From the NCBI GenBank assembly GCA_963744995.1, contig CAVUWA010000005.1, positions 160,001 to 224,000 of the forward strand: DNA of 64,000 nt. The letters are read 5' to 3'. The notes beneath the pieces are model-generated. The model made no database searches. It saw only the letters and a list, made by a program, of their open reading frames with translations, and had not been told where the DNA came from. Positions within the stretch are counted from its first letter, which is position 1, and every line of letters begins with the position of its first letter. The position numbers and the translations under genes were made by a program. This stretch comes from Candidatus Eiseniibacteriota bacterium (GTDB taxonomy: Bacteria > Eisenbacteria > RBG-16-71-46). This document shows, piece by piece, positions 9,224 through 17,564 of this stretch.

Positions 9224-10509
9224 GACCCGCCCCCTTCGCCCGTGCTGCCGGCGTCGCCGAGCGGAATCACCGGCACCTTGCCCTGCGGGCCTTCGGTGGT
9301 GATCACGATCTCGCGGGTCGGGCTCACGAACTCGCGTCCTTCCGCGTCCTTCACCACGAGCACGTAACGATACGTGCCGTCGGCGAGCGGCAGACCGGTC
9401 TCGTCCTTGCCGTCCCACAGGAGATGCGCGGGCGGCTGCCCGGGACCGCCGAAGCTGCGCACGACGGCGTCGCCCTTGTCGTAGATCGACAATGACCAGC
9501 TGCGCGGTTCGGCCTTGGTGCGGGCGTTCAGCGAGATCTTGGTGACGGCGCGCTCGCCGGTCGGCGAGAACACCGCGGGCTCGGCGTCCGAGCTGGCGAA
9601 GAAGCCGCCGAAGCGATACGAGATGCCGAAGCGGTGCGTCATGCCGAGCGGATGGTCCGCGACGGCGTAGTCGAACTGATACTGCGGGGTGATCCGGTAG
9701 CTGAAGCCGCCGGTGCCCTGGTCGTCGTCGAAGCCGAGCCGGAACGCGAGGCCGGGCTGGATCCAGTATTCGGTGCCGCCCGAGAAGCGCATGCCGGCAT
9801 CGCCGGCGTGGCCGGCCTGCGCGGTGATCAGACCGCGCCCGCCGAACACCTGCCAGGCGAGGCCGCCGCGCCATTCCGACGGATAGGTCTCGCCGGTCGA
9901 ACGCAGCGTCAGCGTCGGACCGCCGACGTTGAACAGCGAGCCGCCGACGCGCAACCCGGGCGCGATGTCGTAGAGCGCACCCACGTCGAAGCCGAAACCG
10001 CCGGCGCTGAACGACTCGATCGACTGCGTGACGACCTTGACGTTGGCGCCCACGGAGAACTTCGGTGAGAACCCCTTGGCGAGGGTGACCACGTAGGCGG
10101 TCTCACTCTCCTTGAACGAGCCGAGCGGATCGTTGAGCTCGTTGGTCCGCTCGAACTCGCCGCTGCCGAGCGACACCATGCTGAGTCCCATGCTCGGCAG
10201 CCAGTTGCCCGGCACGGCGATACTGGCGGCGTTGATCGAGGTCTGCTCGAACAGCCGCGCGGTCTCGAAGCTCAAACGGTTCTGATCCATGACCGAGAGT
10301 CCGGCCGGATTCCACAGCACACCGAGCGGATCGTCGGCGACCGCGACGAACGCGCCGCCGAGGCCGAGGGTACGGGCGCTCGCGTAGCGCGACAGCCACT
10401 CTCCCGGCTGACCGCCGGTGGCGTCCTGCGCGCGAGCGGCGCCCGCGACCGCGGCCAGCATGAGCGTCGCGAGGGCCGCGCGGGAAGCGAATGCAATGAG
10501 GGCTTTCAT
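9220..10509 (-). CDS. PorV/PorQ-like outer-membrane beta-barrel fused to a C-terminal FlgD-Ig-like domain
   Basis: Signal peptide; SARTLGLGGAFVAVADDPLGVLWNPAGL (PorV/FadL signature); barrel ends THRFGISYRFG; then FSPTG...LLWDGKDETG..LADGTYRY. Confidence 0.85.
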   Translation of the reverse strand: MKALIAFASRAALATLMLAAVAGAARAQDATGGQPGEWLSRYASARTLGLGGAFVAVADDPLGVLWNPAGLSVMDQNRLSFETARLFEQTSINAASIAVPGNWLPSMGLSMVSLGSGEFERTNELNDPLGSFKESETAYVVTLAKGFSPKFSVGANVKVVTQSIESFSAGGFGFDVGALYDIAPGLRVGGSLFNVGGPTLTLRSTGETYPSEWRGGLAWQVFGGRGLITAQAGHAGDAGMRFSGGTEYWIQPGLAFRLGFDDDQGTGGFSYRITPQYQFDYAVADHPLGMTHRFGISYRFGGFFASSDAEPAVFSPTGERAVTKISLNARTKAEPRSWSLSIYDKGDAVVRSFGGPGQPPAHLLWDGKDETGLPLADGTYRYVLVVKDAEGREFVSPTREIVITTEGPQGKVPVIPLGDAGSTGEGGGS

Positions 10510-10518
10510 GAGTGCCTC

Positions 10519-13500
10519 CTAGCGGACCACGGCGATGCGTCGCCGCATGACGTGCAGTGTTTCGCCTGTTCCCTGGGCTTCGAGCAGCGCGAGGTAGCCG
10601 CCGCTCGCGACCATCCGGCCGTCGCCGTTCTTGCCGTCCCAGGCCCATTCGTTGAGCCCGGTGGTTCCGCCGGGGCCACCGCGTTCGAACGTCTCCTGGC
10701 GCACCAGCGCGCCGCTCAGCGAGAAGATCCGCAGCGACACGCGCGCGTTGTCGTCCAGCTGCCAGGCGATCGTGGTCGGCTGCTCGCCCGGGTGGAACGG
10801 GTTGGGATAGTTGGTGACATAGCCGCCGGCCGCGTTCGGATTCACGAACGCCGTCTGCAGGTCGAGTGTCGCGGACAGCGCACCGGAGGTGGCTGACAGG
10901 CGGGTCGTCTGCGGCGTGCGCGGGCTGAGAAAGTCGGCCCGCGCGAGACCGGTCGCGTCGGTGAGGCTGTCCACCGGGCTCAGCTGACCGTCGCCGTTCA
11001 CCAGGGCGAACGACATGGCCGCATTCGGCACGCCGTTCTCGTAGGCGTCCACCAGGCGCGCACCGATCGTCGCGTGCTTGTTGCCGCCCACCCATTCCGG
11101 GTTGCTGGTGAGCTGGATGGCGCTCGGCTGGCCCGGCTTCACGTTCAGCACGTTGGTCGTGGCCGGTGCGTTGCCGGCGTCGTCATAGGCGATGACCACG
11201 ATCGGCTCGGCGAAGGTGTAGGTCTCGGAGACCGTGCGCTGGCCCTGCAGCAGCTGGAACTGGGTGCTGAGCAGCGTGCCGCGTCCGGGCGACTGGTCGC
11301 CCGCGTTGCGCACTTCGAGCGTCACCGCCGAGTTGATCTCCTGGATCACGCTGCCGGCGTCGTTCGTGACCTTGACCGTCAGGTTGAACGGTTCGCCGGC
11401 GCGTACGGAGTCCGAGCTGATCACGGCTTCGAGATGGAAGCCGGAGGAAATCGCCTTCACCTGGGTGGCGCTGGCGGTGATCGAAGGCTGGGTCACGTCG
11501 TTGGCGAAGATCTGGTCGTAGCCGCCGCGCGCGAGCTTCATCGGCAGCGTCACGTGCCCGTTGGTGAGCGGCGTATCCGGCGGCAGCGTCGCCAGCGGAT
11601 CGTCGCTGGTGACGCGCACGAGGTCGCTGACACCGGTCACCGGGTTGTACCACTGGTCGGTGGCGTACACGTCCACGTTGAACGCGTAGTTGATGGACTG
11701 GTCGGTCGCCGCGCCGGCCCGGCCGTTCGGCGAACCCGGCGAGACCGTCTCGCCCGGAGCCAGGATCAGCAGGCGCGCGAACGGACCGCCGTTGAGGGTG
11801 ACCGCGCTCGAGGTGTCGGGCCGCATCGACGGCTGCACGACGTCGTTCACGATGACGTGCTGCGGGCCGGTGCGATACATCGTCACCGGCACGACCCGCT
11901 CGCCGTTCGCGAGCGTCGTGCCGGCCGGGGCTTCCACGATCGCATCGATCGCGGAGAACGAGATCGTATCGTTCACGCCGGTCACGCGATTCCAGAACTG
12001 GTCCACCGAGCGCACGGTGACGCTGAACGGCGTGCCGGCCTGCTGCGCGGTGGGCACCCCTTCCTTGCCGGTCGGCGTGCCGCCGCGCGGCGACTCGCCG
12101 GGGAGCAGGATCTGCAGCCCGGCCATCGGGCCCGGGTTGACGACGAAGTTGTTGCTGGTGCCGATGTGCGGCGGCGAGCCGAAGTCCGCGCAGGTGAGCG
12201 TTACCGCACCGCCCGCGCCGCGCAGGATCACCGGACCGGTCCACACGCCGGCGGAGAAGGTGACCAGCTCGGGCGAGATGCTGCCGGCGCCGGTGTTGGC
12301 GGCGAGGATCGCCTGGGCATTGTAGTCGGGAATCGTGTTGCCGGAGCCGTCGACGGCGCGCACGGTGATCGTCACCGGCACGCCCGCGGTCTGCGGCGAG
12401 GCGATCGCGTCGAACTCGAACGCGGCGGCGCCGCTCGGCAGGACCTGGATCGACGGGCTGGTCGTGCCCTGGATCCCGCCGTTCGTGAGGTCGGAGACGG
12501 TGAGCGTCTGCGTGCCGACCGTGCCGAGGCTCAGACTGAAGCTGCGCTGGCCGTTGGTCATCGCGCCGGTGACCGGCGTACTGGCGCCGGCGTCGGACGA
12601 CGTGACGCGCACGTTGTCGCTGCTCGGAACGGGGTTCCACCAGTTGTCCGTCGCATAGACCTGGACGCTGAAGGTCTGCCCCGCGGACTGGCTGGTCGGG
12701 GTGCCGGTCTTGCCGATCACGGCGCCTGGCAGCGGCGTCTCGCCCGGCACGATCAGCTGCACGCGCGAGAAGTTGCCGGGGTGCACGGTGAACGGGTCGC
12801 TGGTGCCGTTCTTGCCCGGTGCGTTGTCCAGCCAGGCGTAGTAGTTCACGTTGCCGCGGTTGATGCTGGTCTCGTCGGCGCGGTAGGGGGTCAGCGATCC
12901 GCTCCACTGTCCGCCGGACAGCGTGACCGTCTCGGGCGACACCCGTCCGTCGCCGTAGCTGGTGACTTCCTTGAGCCGCACGGTGCCGGAATACCCGCTC
13001 ACCGTGTTGCCGGCCGCGTCCACCGCACGCAGCGTCATCTGCATGGAGGTGCCGGCGTACTGGTTCTTCTGGGCGATGCCGGAGAACGCAAAGCCCTGGA
13101 TCACCAGAGCCGTCACCTGGCTCGAGGCGCCGTCGGGAATCGTCGGATCGCTCTCGTCGTGGGCCAGGATCGAGAACGTCCCGCCCGCGTGGAAGGTCAC
13201 CGAGAAGGTGTGCTGGCCGCTCGTGAGCGACACCGAGCCCGGCAGCGTCGCGCTCGCGTCGGACGAGGACAGCGACACCACGTCGGTGACGCTGGTGACG
13301 GTGTTCCACTGGTCGTCGCAGGCGCGTACCGTGACGTCGAACGGCACGCCTTCGGTCTGCGCGAGCGGTGCGCCGCTCTTGCCGCTGCCGGTGCCCGGCG
13401 CGGCGGTCTCGCCGGGAAGCAGAATCTGGAATCGAGTGAACGCGCCCTGAGCCCACGCGGGCGCGGCCGTGAGGCCGGCGCCCATCGCGAGCGTCATCGC

Positions 13501-13539
13501 GAGCACCGCGGTGATCCATCTCGTTCGTCTCATGCGCAT
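10519..13539 (-). CDS. Large secreted Ig-like repeat protein with T9SS type-A/FlgD-like C-terminal domain (~1006 aa)
   Basis: ATG at 13539 after GGGAGAG. Signal peptide ending AWA; Thr/Ser/Gly-rich beta repeats; C-terminus NYPNPF...WDGKNGDGRMVASGGY...RRRIAVVR. Confidence 0.85.
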   Translation of the reverse strand: MRMRRTRWITAVLAMTLAMGAGLTAAPAWAQGAFTRFQILLPGETAAPGTGSGKSGAPLAQTEGVPFDVTVRACDDQWNTVTSVTDVVSLSSSDASATLPGSVSLTSGQHTFSVTFHAGGTFSILAHDESDPTIPDGASSQVTALVIQGFAFSGIAQKNQYAGTSMQMTLRAVDAAGNTVSGYSGTVRLKEVTSYGDGRVSPETVTLSGGQWSGSLTPYRADETSINRGNVNYYAWLDNAPGKNGTSDPFTVHPGNFSRVQLIVPGETPLPGAVIGKTGTPTSQSAGQTFSVQVYATDNWWNPVPSSDNVRVTSSDAGASTPVTGAMTNGQRSFSLSLGTVGTQTLTVSDLTNGGIQGTTSPSIQVLPSGAAAFEFDAIASPQTAGVPVTITVRAVDGSGNTIPDYNAQAILAANTGAGSISPELVTFSAGVWTGPVILRGAGGAVTLTCADFGSPPHIGTSNNFVVNPGPMAGLQILLPGESPRGGTPTGKEGVPTAQQAGTPFSVTVRSVDQFWNRVTGVNDTISFSAIDAIVEAPAGTTLANGERVVPVTMYRTGPQHVIVNDVVQPSMRPDTSSAVTLNGGPFARLLILAPGETVSPGSPNGRAGAATDQSINYAFNVDVYATDQWYNPVTGVSDLVRVTSDDPLATLPPDTPLTNGHVTLPMKLARGGYDQIFANDVTQPSITASATQVKAISSGFHLEAVISSDSVRAGEPFNLTVKVTNDAGSVIQEINSAVTLEVRNAGDQSPGRGTLLSTQFQLLQGQRTVSETYTFAEPIVVIAYDDAGNAPATTNVLNVKPGQPSAIQLTSNPEWVGGNKHATIGARLVDAYENGVPNAAMSFALVNGDGQLSPVDSLTDATGLARADFLSPRTPQTTRLSATSGALSATLDLQTAFVNPNAAGGYVTNYPNPFHPGEQPTTIAWQLDDNARVSLRIFSLSGALVRQETFERGGPGGTTGLNEWAWDGKNGDGRMVASGGYLALLEAQGTGETLHVMRRRIAVVR

Positions 13540-13690
13540 CGCGCGTCTCTCCCGATCCGAATCCGGGTGGAGCGGACGTGTCGTCCGCTGGCGTCGTGGT
13601 GGCCTGCCGGCCGCGCGCAGTCGCGCGCCGCCCGCGCACGAAACGGGCGGGCGGTTGGCACCGCCGTCCATCGTGCGCCGCGTCGCCGTG

Positions 13691-13705
13691 GCAGGCTCTG
13701 TGCCG
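13691..13705 (-). promoter_or_regulatory. Putative sigma54 (-24/-12) promoter of the envelope operon
   Basis: Minus strand CGGCACAGAGCCTGC, GG-N10-GC spacing, about 150 nt upstream of the first gene, with AT-rich tracts further upstream. Confidence 0.45.
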
Positions 13706-14037
13706 AACAGCTCTGCAGAACACGCGATGCAAATTGCGAATTCCGCAAACGACCCGCGCCCAGCGTGATACGCGGTTGCATCCTGCACAGTTAATTTTCG
13801 CGAGGCCGGATTGGGGCATTTGACGCGGGGGAAGCGGCCCCACGCATCGATGCCATGCGTGCGGAAGCGTGTGGCCCGTCATGCATGATGCGACGCGGGC
13901 GCTGTCGCCGGGCCATCGGACGCTTCCCACCACGGCGTGCCCGGTGTTCTGCGCCGTTCGTGCCCTGCCCCCGGGCCGCTGCGCCGGATGCCCCGCCGGC
14001 TGGCGCGGCGCCGCGGCGGCCGCTATCGTCCGGGGCC

Positions 14038-14988
14038 ATGATCGAAGCGCCTCATGCCGCTCCGCCCGGAGCGGCCCTCCGCTGTCGGGGCCTGCGCAAG
14101 CGCTACGGCGAGGTCGTCGCCGTGGACGGGCTGGACCTCGAAGTGCGTGCCGGCGAGTGCTTCGGACTGCTCGGACCGAACGGGGCCGGGAAGACCACCA
14201 CGATCGAGATCTTCGAGGGCCTCAACACGCCCGACGCCGGCGAGGTCCACGTGCTTGGCGGGCGCTGGGGCGCGGGTCGTGATCGCGCGTTGCGCGAGCG
14301 ACTCGGCATCCAGCTCCAGGAGACGCGCCTCGCCGAAAAACTCACCGTGCTGGAGACGGTGCGGCTGTTTCGCAGCTTCTACGACCGCGGCCCGGCCGCG
14401 GAAGAGCTGCTGCGTCGCGTCGCGCTCGAGGAGAAGCGCGGCGCGTGGGTGAGCCAGCTCTCGGGCGGCCAGCGCCAGCGGCTGTCCATCGCTTGCACGC
14501 TGGTCAACGACCCGGAGGTGCTGTTCCTCGACGAGCCGACGACCGGGCTGGATCCGCAGTCGCGCCGCCAGCTGTGGGACCTCATCGACGACTTCCGACG
14601 TGACGGCCGCACCGTGCTCATCACCACGCACTACATGGACGAGGCGCAGCGGCTCTGCGACCGGGTGGCGATCGTCGATCACGGCCGCGTGATCGCCGAG
14701 GGCGCGCCGCGGGCCCTGATCCGCTCGCTGGGCGCGCAGCATGTCGTGCAGTTCTCCGCCGATCGCGAAATCGAGTCGGACGCCCTCGCCGCGCTGCCCG
14801 GGGTGACCGAGGTGCGCCACGAGGCCGGCGCCTGGCTGTTGCACGTGCGCGAGCCGCACACCGCCATTCCGGCCCTGCTGGAGATGCTCCACGGCCGGGG
14901 CGCCGCGCTCAGCCAGCTCGCCACCCACGATGCGACCCTCGAAGACGTGTTCGTTTCGCTCACCGGGAGGACGCTCCGTGACGACTGA
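14038..14988 (+). CDS. ABC-2 type exporter ATP-binding protein
   Basis: Walker A GPNGAGKTT, signature LSGGQRQR, Walker B LFLDEPTTGLD, ITTHYM. Confidence 0.95.
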   Translation: MIEAPHAAPPGAALRCRGLRKRYGEVVAVDGLDLEVRAGECFGLLGPNGAGKTTTIEIFEGLNTPDAGEVHVLGGRWGAGRDRALRERLGIQLQETRLAEKLTVLETVRLFRSFYDRGPAAEELLRRVALEEKRGAWVSQLSGGQRQRLSIACTLVNDPEVLFLDEPTTGLDPQSRRQLWDLIDDFRRDGRTVLITTHYMDEAQRLCDRVAIVDHGRVIAEGAPRALIRSLGAQHVVQFSADREIESDALAALPGVTEVRHEAGAWLLHVREPHTAIPALLEMLHGRGAALSQLATHDATLEDVFVSLTGRTLRDD

Positions 14989-16048
14989 GCCGCAACGGGG
15001 TCCGCGCGGCCTCGAGCGCTCCGCGCTCTGGCAGCTCACCCGGGCGCGCGTGATGACCTTCCTGCGCGAGCCGGAGGCGCTGTTCTGGGTGTTCGCCTTT
15101 CCGGTGCTGATGGCGCTGGCGCTGGGGATCGCGTTCCGCCATCAGGGTCCGCAGCAGGCCCGCGTCGGCGTCGAGCGCGGCCCGGGCGCGGCGGCGGCGG
15201 TCGCCGCGCTCGAGCGCTCGCCCGACCTGGAAGTCGTCACGCTCGGTCCGGAGGAGGCGCGCACGGCGCTGCGGCGCGGCCGCATCGCGGTGCTGGTGCG
15301 GGCGCCCGCGTCCGGGCCGCCGCTGCTCGCCTACGACCCCTCGCGGCCGGAGACCCGCCTCGCCTATCGCGCCGCGTATGACGCGCTCGAGCGCGGCGCC
15401 GGGCGCGAAGACCGGCTCGAGATCGAGACGGACGTGCGGGTTCAACCCGGCTCGCGCTACATCGACTTTCTGATCCCCGGCCTGATCGGCCTCAACATGC
15501 TCGGCACCGGCATGTGGGGCATCGGCTACGCCATCGCCAGCGCGCGCCAGCAGAAGCTGCTCAAGCGCATGGTCGCCACGCCGATGCGGCGCGGGCACTA
15601 CCTGCTCTCGTTCATGCTTGCGCGGCTGGCATGGCTGGCGCTGGAGGTCGCCGCCGTGCAGGGCTTCGGCTGGATCGCGTTCGGCGTGGCCATGCGCGGC
15701 TCGTGGTTCGCTTGGGGTCTCACCTGCCTGCTGTCGGCGCAGGTGTTCTCCGCGATGGGCCTGCTGGTGGCGAGCCGCACGAAGACCATCGAAGGCGTCT
15801 CGGGACTGATGAACCTGGTGATGCTGCCGATGTGGCTGCTCTCGGGGGTGTTCTTCTCGTCGGAGCGCTTCCCGGCCATGATGCAGCCCTTCATCCGCCT
15901 GCTGCCGCTCACCGCCACCAACGACGCGCTGCGGCTGGTGACCAACGAAGGGGCGGGGCTCGTCCCGATCCTGCCGCAGCTGGCCGTGCTCGCCGCCTGG
16001 GGCGCGCTGAGCTTCGTGCTCGCGCTCCGGCTGTTCCGCTGGGAGTGA
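14978..16048 (+). CDS. ABC-2 type exporter permease
   Basis: GTG after GGGAGG overlapping the ATPase end; RYIDFLIPG and LSGVFFS...LPLT motifs; multiple TM helices. Confidence 0.9.
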   Translation: MTTEPQRGPRGLERSALWQLTRARVMTFLREPEALFWVFAFPVLMALALGIAFRHQGPQQARVGVERGPGAAAAVAALERSPDLEVVTLGPEEARTALRRGRIAVLVRAPASGPPLLAYDPSRPETRLAYRAAYDALERGAGREDRLEIETDVRVQPGSRYIDFLIPGLIGLNMLGTGMWGIGYAIASARQQKLLKRMVATPMRRGHYLLSFMLARLAWLALEVAAVQGFGWIAFGVAMRGSWFAWGLTCLLSAQVFSAMGLLVASRTKTIEGVSGLMNLVMLPMWLLSGVFFSSERFPAMMQPFIRLLPLTATNDALRLVTNEGAGLVPILPQLAVLAAWGALSFVLALRLFRWE

Positions 16049-16072
16049 GGGGGACGCCGGGCGCGCCGGCCC

Positions 16073-17308
16073 CTACTCGAGCGGAACCGCCGCCACCCGC
16101 ACGCGCGAAGGTGACCCGGGCTCGGTCCACGCGCAGACGATCCGCTCTCCGTCGCGCGCGATCTGCGGGAAACCGCTCGCGCGCCGTGGACTGGTCCTGG
16201 CGAGCACCCGCGAAGTGGAGGTGCGGCCCGCCACGGCGACCCGGCGCAGCCGGATCTCGGCCGTGTCGGCGGCCATCTCGATCCACGACACCACGGCCGC
16301 GCCGTCTTCCAGCAGCGTCAGCCCCGTGCGGCCGAGGGGATCGCCGTCATCCACGCGCCGCGGCACGCCGAACGCACCCGAGCTCGAGAGCGCGACGTAC
16401 ACCGCGTCGGTATCACGGGCGCCCGTGAACCACGCGATGGCTGCAGCGTCTCCCGCGGCGGCCAGCGTCGGTCCGTTGACGGGACAACCCCGGATCTTCC
16501 AGCCGTCGCGGTGGAGCGGGCGGGGCTCGCTCCAGTGGCCCCCGGCGCCGGAGACCAGCGCGATGTCACGTACTTCCGCTGCGGAGCGATCGCGATACGC
16601 AATCAGCGTCCCCGTCCCGGTCACGGCCGCGGCGGTCCCGCAGCAGTCGCAGGTACGCGGATCGAGGAGCGCCTCGTCGTCGAGCACGCCATCCGCGCCG
16701 ATGCGCGCGGTGCGCAGCGTCATCGCGCCGTCCCCCCCGGGCCCGCGGCCGTGCTCGGCGCCGCCGGCCGTCTCGCGGCCGTCGAGCCAGACCGCGCGCC
16801 ACGCACCATCCTCGGCCAGCAACGTGGCGAAGCCGTGCTGGCTCGCCGTGCCGTCGGTGTGCGGGCGCACGGGTGAACCCCAGGTACGGCCGCCGTCCGC
16901 CGAGAGGCGAATGCAGACGTCGTACGCGTAGGGATCTTCCCCGCTCCGCCATGGGTAGCTCACGGCCAGCCGTTCGCGGTCGAGCGCGGCCAGTGCCGGA
17001 AAGTCCGCCCAGTTGACGAAGAACGAGTCCCCCGAGGCGATCGTCGCCGGTTCGCTCCACACCGCGCCGTCGAGCCGCGCGAAGCGCAGCGCGTGACCGC
17101 CCCGCGGGGCGGGTTCGAACCACGTCATCAGCACGCCGCCGGCGGGCGCGGCGACGAGCCGCGGCGAGGAACTGCCCGGTGCGGCCGGTGAAGGCAGGTC
17201 CCGTGGCGTCCCGAGGCGCTGCGGGGCTGCGGGAGCGCAGGATGCGGCGAGCGCGATGAGGCCGGCAGCATGGAACGGGCGCAGGCGAACATGGAGCGGA
17301 CGCATCAT
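16073..17308 (-). CDS. BNR/Asp-box (sialidase-like propeller) lipoprotein
   Basis: Lipobox-like LAASC; FFVNWADFP; Asp-box SADGGRTW; TCDCCGT; WKIRGCPVNGP. Confidence 0.75.
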   Translation of the reverse strand: MMRPLHVRLRPFHAAGLIALAASCAPAAPQRLGTPRDLPSPAAPGSSSPRLVAAPAGGVLMTWFEPAPRGGHALRFARLDGAVWSEPATIASGDSFFVNWADFPALAALDRERLAVSYPWRSGEDPYAYDVCIRLSADGGRTWGSPVRPHTDGTASQHGFATLLAEDGAWRAVWLDGRETAGGAEHGRGPGGDGAMTLRTARIGADGVLDDEALLDPRTCDCCGTAAAVTGTGTLIAYRDRSAAEVRDIALVSGAGGHWSEPRPLHRDGWKIRGCPVNGPTLAAAGDAAAIAWFTGARDTDAVYVALSSSGAFGVPRRVDDGDPLGRTGLTLLEDGAAVVSWIEMAADTAEIRLRRVAVAGRTSTSRVLARTSPRRASGFPQIARDGERIVCAWTEPGSPSRVRVAAVPLE

Positions 17309-17564
17309 CGATCTCCCCGGGTAAATGAAGGCTCCCCGGGGTGCGCCCGGGCGCCCGCAGCCTCGCGTATCGCCCGGGCCGGGCGCAAGCGGCGGGCGGC
17401 TCGAAGCGCAACGCGAGCACGCCGGGGGCGGGTGCGCCGCCCGGGTCCCCGCGGCGCCGCTCCTCAGCGCGCCATGCCGGACGCGGCAAACGTCGCGCAC
17501 GCGGCGGCGAGAACGGCGACCCACCCCCACAGACGGCGCCGTGCGGACGGCACGGACCCCGACG

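Noticed and set aside
5330..9367. 1345-aa plus-strand ORF, and similar long ORFs at 11074-13794, 17325-20726, 32730-35657, 48532-51357, 52204-54282 and 56309-58873
   Set aside because: Antisense shadows of well-supported genes, expected in high-GC DNA with few stop codons.
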